Made by a program: the position numbers and the translations under genes. From NCBI GenBank assembly GCA_903837495.1, contig CAILUT010000011.1:1946-65945 (forward strand): a DNA stretch of 64,000 nucleotides, read 5' to 3'. Source of the DNA: an uncultured Flavobacteriales bacterium. GTDB lineage: Bacteria; Bacteroidota; Bacteroidia; CAIKAF01. The notes beneath the pieces were generated by a model that was given only the letters and a program-made list of their open reading frames with translations, made no database searches and was not told where the DNA came from. This document shows, in pieces, positions 18,886 through 29,680 of this stretch; position 1 is the first letter of the stretch, and every line of letters starts with the position of its first letter.

Positions 18886-21800
18886 ATGGACAATAGAAAC
18901 TTACTTTCCCTACGGAATGGTGTATGGAGTTTTATTTTGGTTGCCTCAAGCCTAATTCCCATGCACAGCCAAGTGGTTTGCAACAACAATTTGGGTTCAA
19001 TTAGTCCAAATTTGAATTGGCAATATTTTAATCACACATCTCGGGGGTATGTAACTTTTCAAGCTCAGGCAGGGTGTACCTATCAGTTCACCTATTGCAA
19101 CAGCATTGCCCCTTCCGCTTCCTATTCAAGTGATCCGTATTTAAACATTACGAGTGGGCCGACTTCTGGCAACATAGCGGCGAACGATGATTGGTGTGGA
19201 GCGGGAAGCAATCTCCAATGGACAGCCTCATCAACAGGTCTCTTTTATTTGCAATTGGGCAATTGCTGTTCTTCCGGTTGCGGCAGCATTAATTCGCGCA
19301 ATTTAGGATATAGGTCCACAAATTGTTCAGGCGGCGTACCCGATCCTACTGGGGCTAGTTCATCTTCAAGTTCCATTTGTGCGAACCAAACTGTAAGCTT
19401 AACAGCCACGGGGGGAAATGGAGTGGTTTATTGGTATTCAGGGACATGTGGAGGTTCTCTTGTGGGTACGGGGACAACCATCAACGCAACACCCTCAACC
19501 ACAACCACGTATTTTGCCCGGAATTTCAACAACGGACAGTTTAGCTCTGGATGCGCCAGCACCACCGTTACTGTAAATCCAAACCCAGCAGCGCCTACCA
19601 TCACGGCAAGTGGTCCTTTGTCTTTTTGCAGCGGAGACAGCCTTCAATTAACCTCAAGTTATGCAACAGGAAATACCTGGAGTACAGGTGCCACAACCGC
19701 CACTATTGTTGTAAATGCGGCGGGCAATTTCCAAGTTTCACACACCAATGTAAATGGGTGTCAATCGGGGCTATCCACATCAACCACAACCACATTGCTC
19801 CCCCTTCCTCAGGCGCCCATCATTACGAACCTCAACGGGTTGGTTGGATGTGCCTACGATACCACGTTTTTGCAATCGAATTTGCCGAACAACATAAGTT
19901 GGAGTACGGGAGCTAGCGGCCAAACGATTGCAGCAACGGTTCAGGGTTCATACACAGCTCGGGTAACCGATGCGAACAATTGCACCTCGGTGCCCTCGAA
20001 TGCCTTAACCGTAACGGTGAATCCGGCTCCGGTCATTGCCTCGGCCTCTACTCCTACCGTTTGCGAAGGTCTTCCTACCCCTTTTAATGCCAACGTTCAA
20101 TTGGGCAACACCAACAATGCCAACATTTCCAGTGTAGTTTGGACCTTTGGCGACAACAACACAGGAAACACCCTAAACAGCCCTCATTTCTATGCCAGTC
20201 CGGGTACGTATTCGGTTTCCCTGATTGTAAACAGCAACCATGGCTGCAGCGACACGCTTCAAACCACGGTTTTGGTGAATCCAAAGCCGGTTATTGCAAG
20301 CACAAGCGGCGCAGCAGTGTGCCACAGCAATGCGACCTCATTTAATCAGGCTTCAAACGTATCGAACGTAAACGGAGGCAGTTTAGCTGGGTATGTATGG
20401 AACTTTGGAGACGGCAACAGCAGCACCCAATCGGCCCCTGTTCACACCTACATTCAACCCGGAAGCTATAATGTACAGGTTATTGCCTCTACAAATCAAG
20501 GCTGTTCCGATACGGCTACATTGACGGCCCTTGTTCATCCCAATCCGGTTTTGGGGAATGTTGGCATTCCGGCTGCTTGTGCAGGAAACGCCAGCGCCTT
20601 AAATGTCGGTGTTTCTTTAGCCAACATCAATGGAGCCCAAATCACTTCTACGGTTTGGAATACCGGCGATGGTGGCAGTGCCAATGGATTGCAAACCTCG
20701 CACAGCTATACGAATCCGGGCAGCTATACCGCCCAGGTTGTGGTGCTAACCAACCATGGCTGTTCCGATACTGCCGTTGGAACGGCGGTGTTGAATCCGG
20801 TACCTCAAATCACAAGTACCAACTTCCCAGACGTGTGTTTTGGGTCTCCTACCCTATTTCTTCAAAATTCAAGCTTGTCGAATGTGAATGGAGCTCAAAT
20901 TACGGGGTATGTATGGAGCTTTGGAGATGGCAGCAGCAGCCCATCAATGAACCCAACCAAAACCTATGCACAAACGGGAGCTTTCCCCGTAAGTGTTACC
21001 ATAAATACAAACCAGAACTGCCCTACTGTATTCTATGATACGGTTTTGGTGAATCCCTTCCCTGTAATTAGCAGCGTATCGGCTGCCGATGTATGCCAAG
21101 GTTCGGCCAGCAATTTCGTTCAATCCAGTTCAGTACCTCCAGTAAATGGGTCGGTGGTAAATTCCTATCAATGGAATTTTGGCGGTGGAAACACCAGTAC
21201 ACAGGCCAATCCTTCGTTTGCCTTTGCGAATGCCGGAACGTACGTGGCCAATCTTACCGTAACCACAAATTACGGTTGCAGCGTATCTTCGAGCGGTCAG
21301 GCCATTGTAAATCCCAACCCGGTGATTTCAAGCATGGCGGTTGGCGATGTATGCGAAGGAAACAGCAGTGCATTTTCTGCATCGGCCTTTGTATTGCCGG
21401 CCAACGGCTCGGTCATCAGCAGCAGCAACTGGAATTTGGGCGACGGGAATCAATCGGCCCAAACCAACTTTAACCACACCTATGCGGTGGCGGGTCAATA
21501 CACCACAACCTTAACGGTGAGCAGCAACAACGGCTGCAGCAGTTCACAAACCTTGGTTACGGACGTGAATCCCAATCCGAGCATTTCGACGGCCAGCGTA
21601 AACACCGTTTGCCAAGAAGAATTTAGTGCATTCAATGCCATGGCCTCAGTGCTGAACATCAATGGAGCTGTTTTATCTGGGTACCAATGGAATTATGGCG
21701 ATGGCAATACAGGAGGCAGCAACGCTCCCAACCACGTTTATGGAAACTGGGGCAGCTATTCTTGGACAGTAACCGCGACCACCAACCATGGCTGCAGCGA

Positions 21801-22590
21801 TGTGTTTAATGGTACTGCGGCGGTATTGCCCAAGCCGGTAGCCGACTTTACCCTTCCTGACCACTGCCGCGGCAGTTTGATGCCCATTGCCAACAATTCA
21901 AGCATTGGGTCGGGCAGCATCGTTTCAACCCAATGGAATACCAGCAATGGAATGAACAGCAGCATGCAGGTGCCTAGTTTATTCTTTACCAATGCTGGGA
22001 ACTATTCGGTTACCTTAATCTTGAGCAGCGACCAAGGCTGCAAAGACACCCTAACTCAAAATGTGGTGGTTACAGAAATGGTGAACTCCAACTTCAGTCC
22101 CACCTTATTGACCACCAACACCATCCATTTTTTACCCGACACCTTGAACCCCTATTTGGATTACCTGTGGGATTTTGGGGATGGCACCTTTAGCTACGAA
22201 ATAAACCCACAGAAATTGTTTTTCTTCCCTGGGCTTTACAATGTGTGTTTAACCATTACCGACAACGGCTGCTCAAACAGCACGTGCAATCCGGTTCAGT
22301 TGAACGTAGCGGGCGGCATAGACCAAGCAGGCCAGTGGAAAACGAACATCTATCCAAACCCATTTGATCGGCATTTGAGCATTGACCTGAGTGGCATAAG
22401 CCAGCAGGCCGAGGTTCGCATGCGCGATTTGAGCGGCCGTACCTTGCACGAGCAAAAAGTTCTTGTTGTATCGGGCGAGGCCAGTGTTGTGTTGAGTGGT
22501 TCCACCATTGAGGAGCTGCCGGCTGGGGTTTATGTAATTAGCATAACTGCAGCTGAGGGAAGCCAGCACTTTAGGGTCATTAAAAAATAA
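18886..22590 (+). CDS. giant secreted T9SS cargo protein with an N-terminal Cys-rich domain, Ig-like repeats and about 10 tandem PKD domains
   Basis: 1234 aa. Signal peptide. A repeated module of about 80 aa (VNPxPVI…VC.G….F……NGA.I..Y.WNFGDGN.S….P.H.Y…G.Y.V.L.V.TN.GCSDT) carries the PKD WxFGDG signature about 10 times. The C-terminal ~85 aa (IYPNPFDRHLSIDLSG…VYVISITAAEGSQHFRVIKK) resembles a T9SS sorting domain. Confidence 0.8.
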   Translation: MDNRNLLSLRNGVWSFILVASSLIPMHSQVVCNNNLGSISPNLNWQYFNHTSRGYVTFQAQAGCTYQFTYCNSIAPSASYSSDPYLNITSGPTSGNIAANDDWCGAGSNLQWTASSTGLFYLQLGNCCSSGCGSINSRNLGYRSTNCSGGVPDPTGASSSSSSICANQTVSLTATGGNGVVYWYSGTCGGSLVGTGTTINATPSTTTTYFARNFNNGQFSSGCASTTVTVNPNPAAPTITASGPLSFCSGDSLQLTSSYATGNTWSTGATTATIVVNAAGNFQVSHTNVNGCQSGLSTSTTTTLLPLPQAPIITNLNGLVGCAYDTTFLQSNLPNNISWSTGASGQTIAATVQGSYTARVTDANNCTSVPSNALTVTVNPAPVIASASTPTVCEGLPTPFNANVQLGNTNNANISSVVWTFGDNNTGNTLNSPHFYASPGTYSVSLIVNSNHGCSDTLQTTVLVNPKPVIASTSGAAVCHSNATSFNQASNVSNVNGGSLAGYVWNFGDGNSSTQSAPVHTYIQPGSYNVQVIASTNQGCSDTATLTALVHPNPVLGNVGIPAACAGNASALNVGVSLANINGAQITSTVWNTGDGGSANGLQTSHSYTNPGSYTAQVVVLTNHGCSDTAVGTAVLNPVPQITSTNFPDVCFGSPTLFLQNSSLSNVNGAQITGYVWSFGDGSSSPSMNPTKTYAQTGAFPVSVTINTNQNCPTVFYDTVLVNPFPVISSVSAADVCQGSASNFVQSSSVPPVNGSVVNSYQWNFGGGNTSTQANPSFAFANAGTYVANLTVTTNYGCSVSSSGQAIVNPNPVISSMAVGDVCEGNSSAFSASAFVLPANGSVISSSNWNLGDGNQSAQTNFNHTYAVAGQYTTTLTVSSNNGCSSSQTLVTDVNPNPSISTASVNTVCQEEFSAFNAMASVLNINGAVLSGYQWNYGDGNTGGSNAPNHVYGNWGSYSWTVTATTNHGCSDVFNGTAAVLPKPVADFTLPDHCRGSLMPIANNSSIGSGSIVSTQWNTSNGMNSSMQVPSLFFTNAGNYSVTLILSSDQGCKDTLTQNVVVTEMVNSNFSPTLLTTNTIHFLPDTLNPYLDYLWDFGDGTFSYEINPQKLFFFPGLYNVCLTITDNGCSNSTCNPVQLNVAGGIDQAGQWKTNIYPNPFDRHLSIDLSGISQQAEVRMRDLSGRTLHEQKVLVVSGEASVVLSGSTIEELPAGVYVISITAAEGSQHFRVIKK
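20040..22140 (+). repeat. intragenic tandem repeats of about 240-250 bp (one PKD domain per unit, about 9-10 units)
   Basis: Periodic recurrence of ggctgcagcgacac / aatcc(c)aa(g/t)ccggt(t/g)att and tggaa(c/t)tttgg(a/c)ga(c/t)gg every ~245 bp through the gene. Confidence 0.7.
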
Positions 22591-22607
22591 ACAAAGCGAG
22601 CAGATTT

Positions 22608-22641
22608 GAGACGCCAGGGCAAACGCTCTGGCGTTTTTTTT
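22608..22641 (+). terminator. rho-independent terminator after the PKD gene
   Basis: GACGCCAG-ggcaaacgct-CTGGCGT followed by TTTTTTT. Confidence 0.75.
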
Positions 22642-22706
22642 GGGCTATGGCAACCGCAGGTGAACCTAAAAAAAAATAGCGCTTTGAAAATCCATAGCTT
22701 TGTTGT

Positions 22707-23561
22707 GTGAAGCATATGTTGGCGGCAACGCTGTGGTTTTCATTGATGAATTTGTGTGTAAAAATGATGCCCGGCATGCCGATTCCGGTGGTGTTGTTGT
22801 TTCGGGCAGGCATCACCTTGGGGTTTAGTCTTTGGCAAATTCGGCAATTGGGATTGCACCCTTGGGGCTACAACAAACCTGTATTGTGGTTGAGGGGGAT
22901 TTTTGGAACCGGGGGGCTGGCCCTGTACTTTATAACTTTGCAGCAGATTCCCTTAGCGGGGGCTGTAACCTTGCAGTACTTATCGCCCATTTTCACCTTG
23001 ATTTTTACTCGGCTGTTGTTGGGCGAGCGGTTTAAATGGATTCAAACCCTGTTCTTTTTAATGAGTTTTGCGGGGGTATATGTGGTAGGAAATACCGACG
23101 AGCGCATTGTTTGGGTTTGGTTGTTGACCGGAATTGGGTCGGCGGTATTCTCGGGTTTGGCCTATACTATGATTCGAAAGGCATCGGTGAGCGAGCACCC
23201 TGTGGTGGTGGTATTTTATTTTCCATTGATTGCCCTACCCTTGGTGGGATTGTGGAGTTATTTTGACTGGAAAACCCCCGAAGGAATGGAGTGGTTTTGG
23301 TTGCTGGGAACAGGACTGTCCACCCAATTTGCTCAGTTGGCCATGACCAAAGCCTTTATGCAAGAAAAAGCAGCCAATGTGTTGGGATTGCAGTATTTGG
23401 GGCTCATTTATGCCCTGTTTCTGGGCTGGTGGATCTTTGATGAACAGTTTGACTGGATCACCATTGGAGGTATGGCTTTGGTGTTGTTGGGGGTACTTGG
23501 CAACATTGCAATTCAATACACCGCTGCAAGGAAAAAACAAAAATTGGGCAATTCTGCCTAA
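22707..23561 (+). CDS. EamA/DMT-superfamily transporter
   Basis: 284 aa, about 10 predicted TM helices. Two EamA-like halves. Confidence 0.7.
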   Translation: MKHMLAATLWFSLMNLCVKMMPGMPIPVVLLFRAGITLGFSLWQIRQLGLHPWGYNKPVLWLRGIFGTGGLALYFITLQQIPLAGAVTLQYLSPIFTLIFTRLLLGERFKWIQTLFFLMSFAGVYVVGNTDERIVWVWLLTGIGSAVFSGLAYTMIRKASVSEHPVVVVFYFPLIALPLVGLWSYFDWKTPEGMEWFWLLGTGLSTQFAQLAMTKAFMQEKAANVLGLQYLGLIYALFLGWWIFDEQFDWITIGGMALVLLGVLGNIAIQYTAARKKQKLGNSA

Positions 23562-23666
23562 AAAAAGGGCAACACCATTCAAAGACAAGAATCGCTGTAA
23601 CCCTTAAATAAACAAGGAAACTACAATTAATTGCTTGTGCTTGCGTGGAAATAATTGCAAGAGACA

Positions 23667-23694
23667 TTGCTTTAAATAAAAAAAAGTACATTTG
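23667..23694 (+). promoter_or_regulatory. Bacteroidota-type promoter (TTG -33 element, 17-nt spacer, TAcaTTTG -7 box) for the gene at 23715
   Basis: cattgctttaaataaaaaaaagTAcaTTTGcag. The -7 box ends 20 nt before the ATG. Confidence 0.4.
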
Positions 23695-23714
23695 CAGATT
23701 AAATAAACAAAAAA

Positions 23715-24725
23715 ATGAAAAGAAATTTACTGATTGCAGCCACTGCCTTATTGGGATTAACTTTAAATGCCCAATACAAACCAAACCAAGCCGGAACAAT
23801 GGAAGGCTCGAACTACCAATTTACCGACAAGGTAGATATGGACCTTGCTCCTGCTTCGATTGCTCAAGGATGTACCAACTTTCAAATTTACACCTTGCCT
23901 GGCACACAGCCTTATCCATTTGGAGGCTTTATTTTTGGACCAGCCATTCTAACCGACACATCTGGCACCCAACAATTTTACCTTAAAGAGGTAGGCCACA
24001 TGTTCAATGCCAATGGCGATGTTCAAGGTTTGGGTGTATTTCATGCGTTCAAAGCATTGATTGATTCTTCAAGCAATGGAGGAACCTATGTTGCCAAAAT
24101 CTGGAAAGAAACCACTCCAGGAACGTACAGCATCATTGGCACTTCTATTCCTGTTCCTTATGCCAGCATCGACACATCGGTTACAAGCACAACCGGAACT
24201 ATTTTCCCCTTTGTGCCTGCGGTTGCCGTAACTGGAAATTTCCTAGTTTCATGGGAGACGTTCTCATCTGACACTTCTTCAGGAGCTGTAGCACTTGCCA
24301 ACGGACCTACCTGCGGAACTACCAACACATTTGTAATATTAGAAAACAATGGCAACAAGCAATTGGGTTCTGTATCGAATGTTTTCACCTTCCAAGGTGC
24401 ACCGTTGAAAGCAGATCCTAGAATGGGAATTCGGGTTCTAAACTATACGGGTGGTGTTGATTTCATTTCATCTTCTGCCTTGATGGCCTTCCCAAATCCA
24501 GCCAGCGAAAGCACTGTGATTACTTTTGGTGCTGAAGCAAATTCACAAGGTTTAATTGAAATCATGAATTTGTCTGGTCAGCGTGTTGCTGCCATGAACG
24601 CGGACGTTGTTCAAGGCAAAAACCAAATTGAAGTATCGTTGTCGGGTCTTGCCAACGGAATTTATGTGTACCATGTAACGGCCGGTGCTCAAAAAATGAG
24701 CGGCAAGTTGGTGGTAAACCACTAA
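23715..24725 (+). CDS. secreted protein of unknown function with T9SS C-terminal sorting domain
   Basis: 336 aa. Signal peptide MKRNLLIAATALLGLTLNAQ. C-terminus FPNPASESTVITF…NGIYVYHVTAGAQKMSGKLVVNH fits the T9SS CTD pattern (type A). Confidence 0.7.
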   Translation: MKRNLLIAATALLGLTLNAQYKPNQAGTMEGSNYQFTDKVDMDLAPASIAQGCTNFQIYTLPGTQPYPFGGFIFGPAILTDTSGTQQFYLKEVGHMFNANGDVQGLGVFHAFKALIDSSSNGGTYVAKIWKETTPGTYSIIGTSIPVPYASIDTSVTSTTGTIFPFVPAVAVTGNFLVSWETFSSDTSSGAVALANGPTCGTTNTFVILENNGNKQLGSVSNVFTFQGAPLKADPRMGIRVLNYTGGVDFISSSALMAFPNPASESTVITFGAEANSQGLIEIMNLSGQRVAAMNADVVQGKNQIEVSLSGLANGIYVYHVTAGAQKMSGKLVVNH

Positions 24726-24743
24726 GCATTTTTGATTCAAGAA

Positions 24744-24777
24744 AAAGCCGCTCCAGCAATGGGGCGGCTTTTTTTTG
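24744..24777 (+). terminator. rho-independent terminator
   Basis: AAGCCGC-tccagcaatgggg-GCGGCTT followed by TTTTTT. Confidence 0.7.
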
Positions 24778-24816
24778 CTTTTTTTTATGGATGGGGGCAA
24801 CGGAAAAGAGGTGGCC

Positions 24817-24966
24817 GCGGGCGGGATTGAGCAAGGTAGCCCGCAAAATTGGCGGTGCCTGGCCCGGGAGCTGCGGAGGCGACCTTGGGAGCCACCGCAA
24901 AGCCGCTGGGCCAGCCACTGCCAATAGCGGACTACCTGCGAAAGCCCGAAACCCGCCCAAAAAAAA
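24817..24966 (+). repeat. GC-rich intergenic repeat element, copy C
   Basis: GCGGGCGGGATTGAGCAAGGTAGCCCGC … GCGGAGGCGACCTTGGGAGCCACCGCAAAGCCGCTGGGCCAGCC … GGACTACCTGCGAAAGCCCGAAACCCGCCCAAAAAAAA. Nearly identical in layout to copies D (reverse complement) and F. Confidence 0.85.
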
Positions 24967-25485
24967 TCAGAAAAAAAGCATAGGCTGTTCCTGTCCCCGC
25001 GGCCCCAAGTCAATCAATTCCATATTAAAAACACGGCCTGTTTCCACCTGAAAACGCAGGGCAGTAATGGCCTGGTGCCAACCCTGATTGCCAATGGCAC
25101 CGGGATTAAGGTGTAGGCTGCCCGGAAAAATGCCGGGGCTCACCAGGGCAATGTGGGAATGCCCGCAAACCACCACATTGGGTTTGTGGTGCTGAACCAA
25201 ACGCAGAGCTTGAGCATTGTATTTGCCTGGACGGCCCACAATGTGCATCATAAAAAACGACAGACCTTGCAGGGAAAAGTGTAGAAATTCAGCGCATTGT
25301 TTGCGTACATCTGTGCCGTCAATGTTGCCATACACTGCCCGGACGGGCTTAAATTGCCGCAAATAATCCAAGCCAGCGGCAGGTCCTACATCGCCGGCAT
25401 GCCAAATTTCATCAACCTGAGTAAAATAGGGTTCTACATTTTTCGGAAAGGCACCGTGGCTATCGCTTAGCAGCAGAATGCGCAT
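24967..25485 (-). CDS. metallophosphoesterase (YfcE / MJ0936-like phosphodiesterase)
   Basis: 172 aa. Motifs LLLSDSHG, …AGDV…, GNID, …CGHSH…. Confidence 0.8.
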   Translation of the reverse strand: MRILLLSDSHGAFPKNVEPYFTQVDEIWHAGDVGPAAGLDYLRQFKPVRAVYGNIDGTDVRKQCAEFLHFSLQGLSFFMMHIVGRPGKYNAQALRLVQHHKPNVVVCGHSHIALVSPGIFPGSLHLNPGAIGNQGWHQAITALRFQVETGRVFNMELIDLGPRGQEQPMLFF

Positions 25486-25487
25486 GG

Positions 25488-26252
25488 TTAGGGATTGTAG
25501 CGTACAGCACGCAAAAGCTGATTTTCTTGAACATATCCTTCCACATTATCGGGATTTTTTACCCGGGCCCAGCCGTCTTTCCAATCTATAATTTCGAGGG
25601 TTTGAGCGGGAACCAAATACATCAACACCTCGGCATCGGGTTGGGGTTTTACCAAAACAGGCGTCTGGTTGATTTTCACAATTCCATACTCTTTGCTGGA
25701 CAACATATACCTCCATTGGGCCGCGAACAAAGAGGCCAATCCAAAACCAATGGAAACCAAAACCAGGGCACTCATATAGCGCCTCAATGCTGGGGAAACA
25801 AACCAAGTTCCAACAAGCAAACCTAAAATCAACAGGGCGATAAAAGCCAGAAACAGAGTTGCCCAGGTTGAGGTAGAAAAGAAGTGTACGCCCCAAGGCA
25901 GAAAAGGCCTGGGCCCTGCGGGCAGTTCCTCGCGCAATTCAATGAAAGTAAGGTTGTCTGAAAGCAATTTTGAATCGGGAAAAAGCAGCAGTCCTTTGTA
26001 CAGATACACCATGGCCAATGGAGTATTTTGCTGCTTCAATGAAATGGAGGCCAGCATATTGTACACATGGGGGTTAAGGTAACCGGCTTCGATAAGGGCG
26101 GAATAATGCACTTGGGCGGAATCAAGCTGCCCTGCCTGATAAAGGCTGTCGGCATTTTGCAATTGCAACTGAGGGGGAAGGCCTTGAGCCAGAACCTGGG
26201 GTTCAGGGTTGAATAAGGCCAAAACGAGCAAAAGAAACAAGGTGCGCATCAT
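25488..26252 (-). CDS. batE: BatE-like protein (TPR-like N-terminus, TM helix, C-terminal SH3b domain)
   Basis: 254 aa. Last gene of the Bat operon. The C-terminal segment YGIVKINQTPVLVKPQPDAEVLMYLVPAQTLEIIDWKDGWARV is a bacterial SH3-like fold. Confidence 0.65.
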   Translation of the reverse strand: MMRTLFLLLVLALFNPEPQVLAQGLPPQLQLQNADSLYQAGQLDSAQVHYSALIEAGYLNPHVYNMLASISLKQQNTPLAMVYLYKGLLLFPDSKLLSDNLTFIELREELPAGPRPFLPWGVHFFSTSTWATLFLAFIALLILGLLVGTWFVSPALRRYMSALVLVSIGFGLASLFAAQWRYMLSSKEYGIVKINQTPVLVKPQPDAEVLMYLVPAQTLEIIDWKDGWARVKNPDNVEGYVQENQLLRAVRYNP

Positions 26253-27975
26253 TTACAGGATTCCATGGATTTGGTGGATTGGCGCAAAATTTGGGCCAGG
26301 CGTTCGGCGTCTTCTTTCATGGGGGATTCAGCGTAGGCGATAGAATGCAATTGAATGAGGGCGGCGGACCAATCGGCGGCGGCTTTTTGTTGGCCCAATG
26401 CTTCAAACCGGTTGCTGAGCTCGGCATGGGCTTGCTGAGAAATGGACAAGTTCCATTGGTCGCGCAGGTATCTTTCCATGGAATTAATCAGGGCCACCGT
26501 ATTTTCTTTCGAGGGGTTTGCGGCCCATGATTTAATTTCGGCCAAGAGAATGGCAGAATTCATTAAAGAAATGGAACGGCGGTTTCGTAGGGCAACCAAG
26601 CCATTTTTGGCCCAAAGAGCATAGAATAAAATCAGCAGCATTAAAAGGCCTAGCCAGGCAAAAAAGGCAAAGCTGCCGTAAAAAGGAACATACAAGGGGG
26701 GCAAGAAAGAGCTGCGGCCTTGGGGTATAGAAACTTGAAATTTAATGGGGCCGGAACCCGACGATTCGGCCTCGTTGGCCGAACCCAATACTTGAACCCG
26801 AACCGAATCGGAGGTAAAGGACTCGAATTTTTTGGTTTTGGGATTAAACCAAGACCAAGTAAAGGGAGGCAACACATAGGAGCCTGGGGTTTTGGCGATG
26901 TAAATGTAATTCACCTGCTTGGTGCCCGTTACACCGGCTTCAGAAAACGCTATTTTATCTTGAACGTCGGGGGCAAAGGCATCGAATTCGGCGGGCATGT
27001 TCAGTTTGGGAAGCTCGAGCAGGTTCAGGTTTCCATTGCCTTTAATTAAGACACTGAGGTCAAAGGCATCGTTCACATTTAGCGTGGTAGAGCCGGGCTT
27101 CACCTCCACATCAAAATCGCCCAGCCCATTGGTAAAATCGGCGGGTCTGCCATCAAAAGGAATAGGCAAGGCAGTTAGGGAAACCTTGGGGGTTTTGAGT
27201 TCCACCTTTTTTTCAACCACCCGGCCCCCGAAAAAAACATCAAAGGGGTCCGAAGACGTTTCCCGGTAGCTTACAACAACGCTTGCAAGCAGGGGGTCGA
27301 TGGAAATTTTACCTTGAACCTGTGGAACCAAAACGTATTTTTTAAGAGTGGCCACCAAAAAGGGTTCGCCTTCTACCTGGGTTTGGCGAAACTGTTGGTC
27401 TTCGGCTTCGGGAATGTCTTGAACCCAGCCCCCGTTTAAGGAAGGAAACTTGACCGACTCGAACTGAACCGAGCTGTATTTGGAATACAAATCAATGCTG
27501 ACAGTCAGGGGCTCTCCAACAAAAACAGTCGTTTTTTCTAAACGGGCCACTGCAAAAATTTGATTGTCGGCCTTTTTAACCGGGGTTTTGTTTTGTTGGG
27601 CAGCGGAGTTGGCTTGAGCCTCGTCGAGTATGGTTAACTGAAGCGGGGCAGATTGGGCCAGCACCCTGCCGTTTGCCAGAAGTTGGAAAGGAGATATAGC
27701 TACCTTCCCGGCTGTTCTACTCATTAAGCGAACCGTAATTTTGAAGGTCGATACCCCATTGATGATGCTTTGCTGTTGAGAAGTTCCCAGCTTTACCAAG
27801 CCATCGAAGGCGGGCAGTTTGTATTGACCTGATAGGCCAGAAATATCGTAGCTGATTTGGAAAGGTTGGTTTGCAACGGGCGATTGGGGTTGCACCGAGA
27901 CCTGAATCTGCTGAGCGGCCAAATGCAGGGTAAAAAAGCAGAAAAGCAAAGTAAACCAATGCATGTTTTTCATGG

Positions 27976-27982
<7 letters not shown>
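26249..27982 (-). CDS. batD: BatD (oxygen-tolerance protein)
   Basis: 577 aa. Signal peptide, long periplasmic portion, a C-proximal TM helix, then a short cytoplasmic tail. Its position in the operon and its size match BatD. Confidence 0.7.
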
Positions 27983-28710
<728 letters not shown>

Positions 28711-29680
28711 TGTGAAACAAAAACTAAATCAAGACAGAGCAAGGCAAAGGCGAACCAAAGAAAGGGAAGGAAGAGTTCTTCTCTGCCAATAGAGGTTTCG
28801 GCAGATAAGCTAGTGGATTTTTTTAGGCGGTCAATTTCGGCCATTACTTTATTCAAGGCGGTGGAGGGGTCGTTTCCTTTTACAAAAAGCCCATTGGTTT
28901 CGGTGGCAATTCGAGCCAACATATCTTCGTTGGGTCGGGTAAAAACGAGTTTCCCTTGGGCGTCGGTTAAGTATGAGCCGTTGTTGGGAATGGGTGCTGC
29001 GACTTGACTTCCGATGCTCATAGCAAAAACCCGTATTCCACGTCGTTTCAACTCATTTAATACGGGGGGCAAATCTCCTTCGTGGTCTTCGCCATCGGAC
29101 ATCAAAATGAGTGCGGGTTCGGCTTCGGATTGTTCGGGCAGGGTTTTAATGGCTTCTTTCAGTGCAGCAGAAATAGAAGTACCCTGCACCGATGGATAAT
29201 CGGTTGAAACGGCATCTAAGAACATCGTGGCTGCACCGTAATCGTTGGTCATCGGCAATTGGATGTGGGCCGAACCGGCAAAAACGATCAAGGCCACTTG
29301 GTCGCCTTTCAGGCGTTTTAACACGGCCGAGATGGCTTGTTTTGCACGGGACAGGCGATTGGGTTGCAGGTCTTCGGCCAGCATAGAGCGGGAAGCATCT
29401 AAGCAAAATACCAGTTGGGTTCGGGTTTTGGTTCGGGGACTATCGGTAATTCCTCCTTTAGGCCGAGCCAACACAAAGACAAGGGCGGTTAAAACCAGCA
29501 GGCGTATGGCATACCGAACAATCAACACATACTTTGGGAACAAACCCAGGGTTCGGTGCAAAGATACGATGTGGCCTAGGCGCAAAAACCGGCCAATTCT
29601 CCAGCGGTAATCCAGAACAAAAAGCAGGATAAGCGGAAGTAAGGCCCAAAGCCCAATCAAATATGTAGGATATTCGAAGT

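Noticed and set aside
18381-18989. 202-aa minus-strand ORF spanning the promoter region of the PKD gene and repeat copy B
   Set aside because: It crosses an AT-rich promoter and a repeat element, and is antisense to the first 100 nt of a well-supported gene. It has no motifs.
19551-21473. Several 120-150-aa plus-strand ORFs in alternative frames inside the PKD-repeat gene (19551-19916, 20577-21038, 21093-21473), plus minus-strand ORFs at 21673-21992 and 22273-22569
   Set aside because: They are by-products of the low-complexity, tandemly repeated coding sequence of the 1234-aa gene. They are Cys/Arg/Gln-rich junk translations with no start context.
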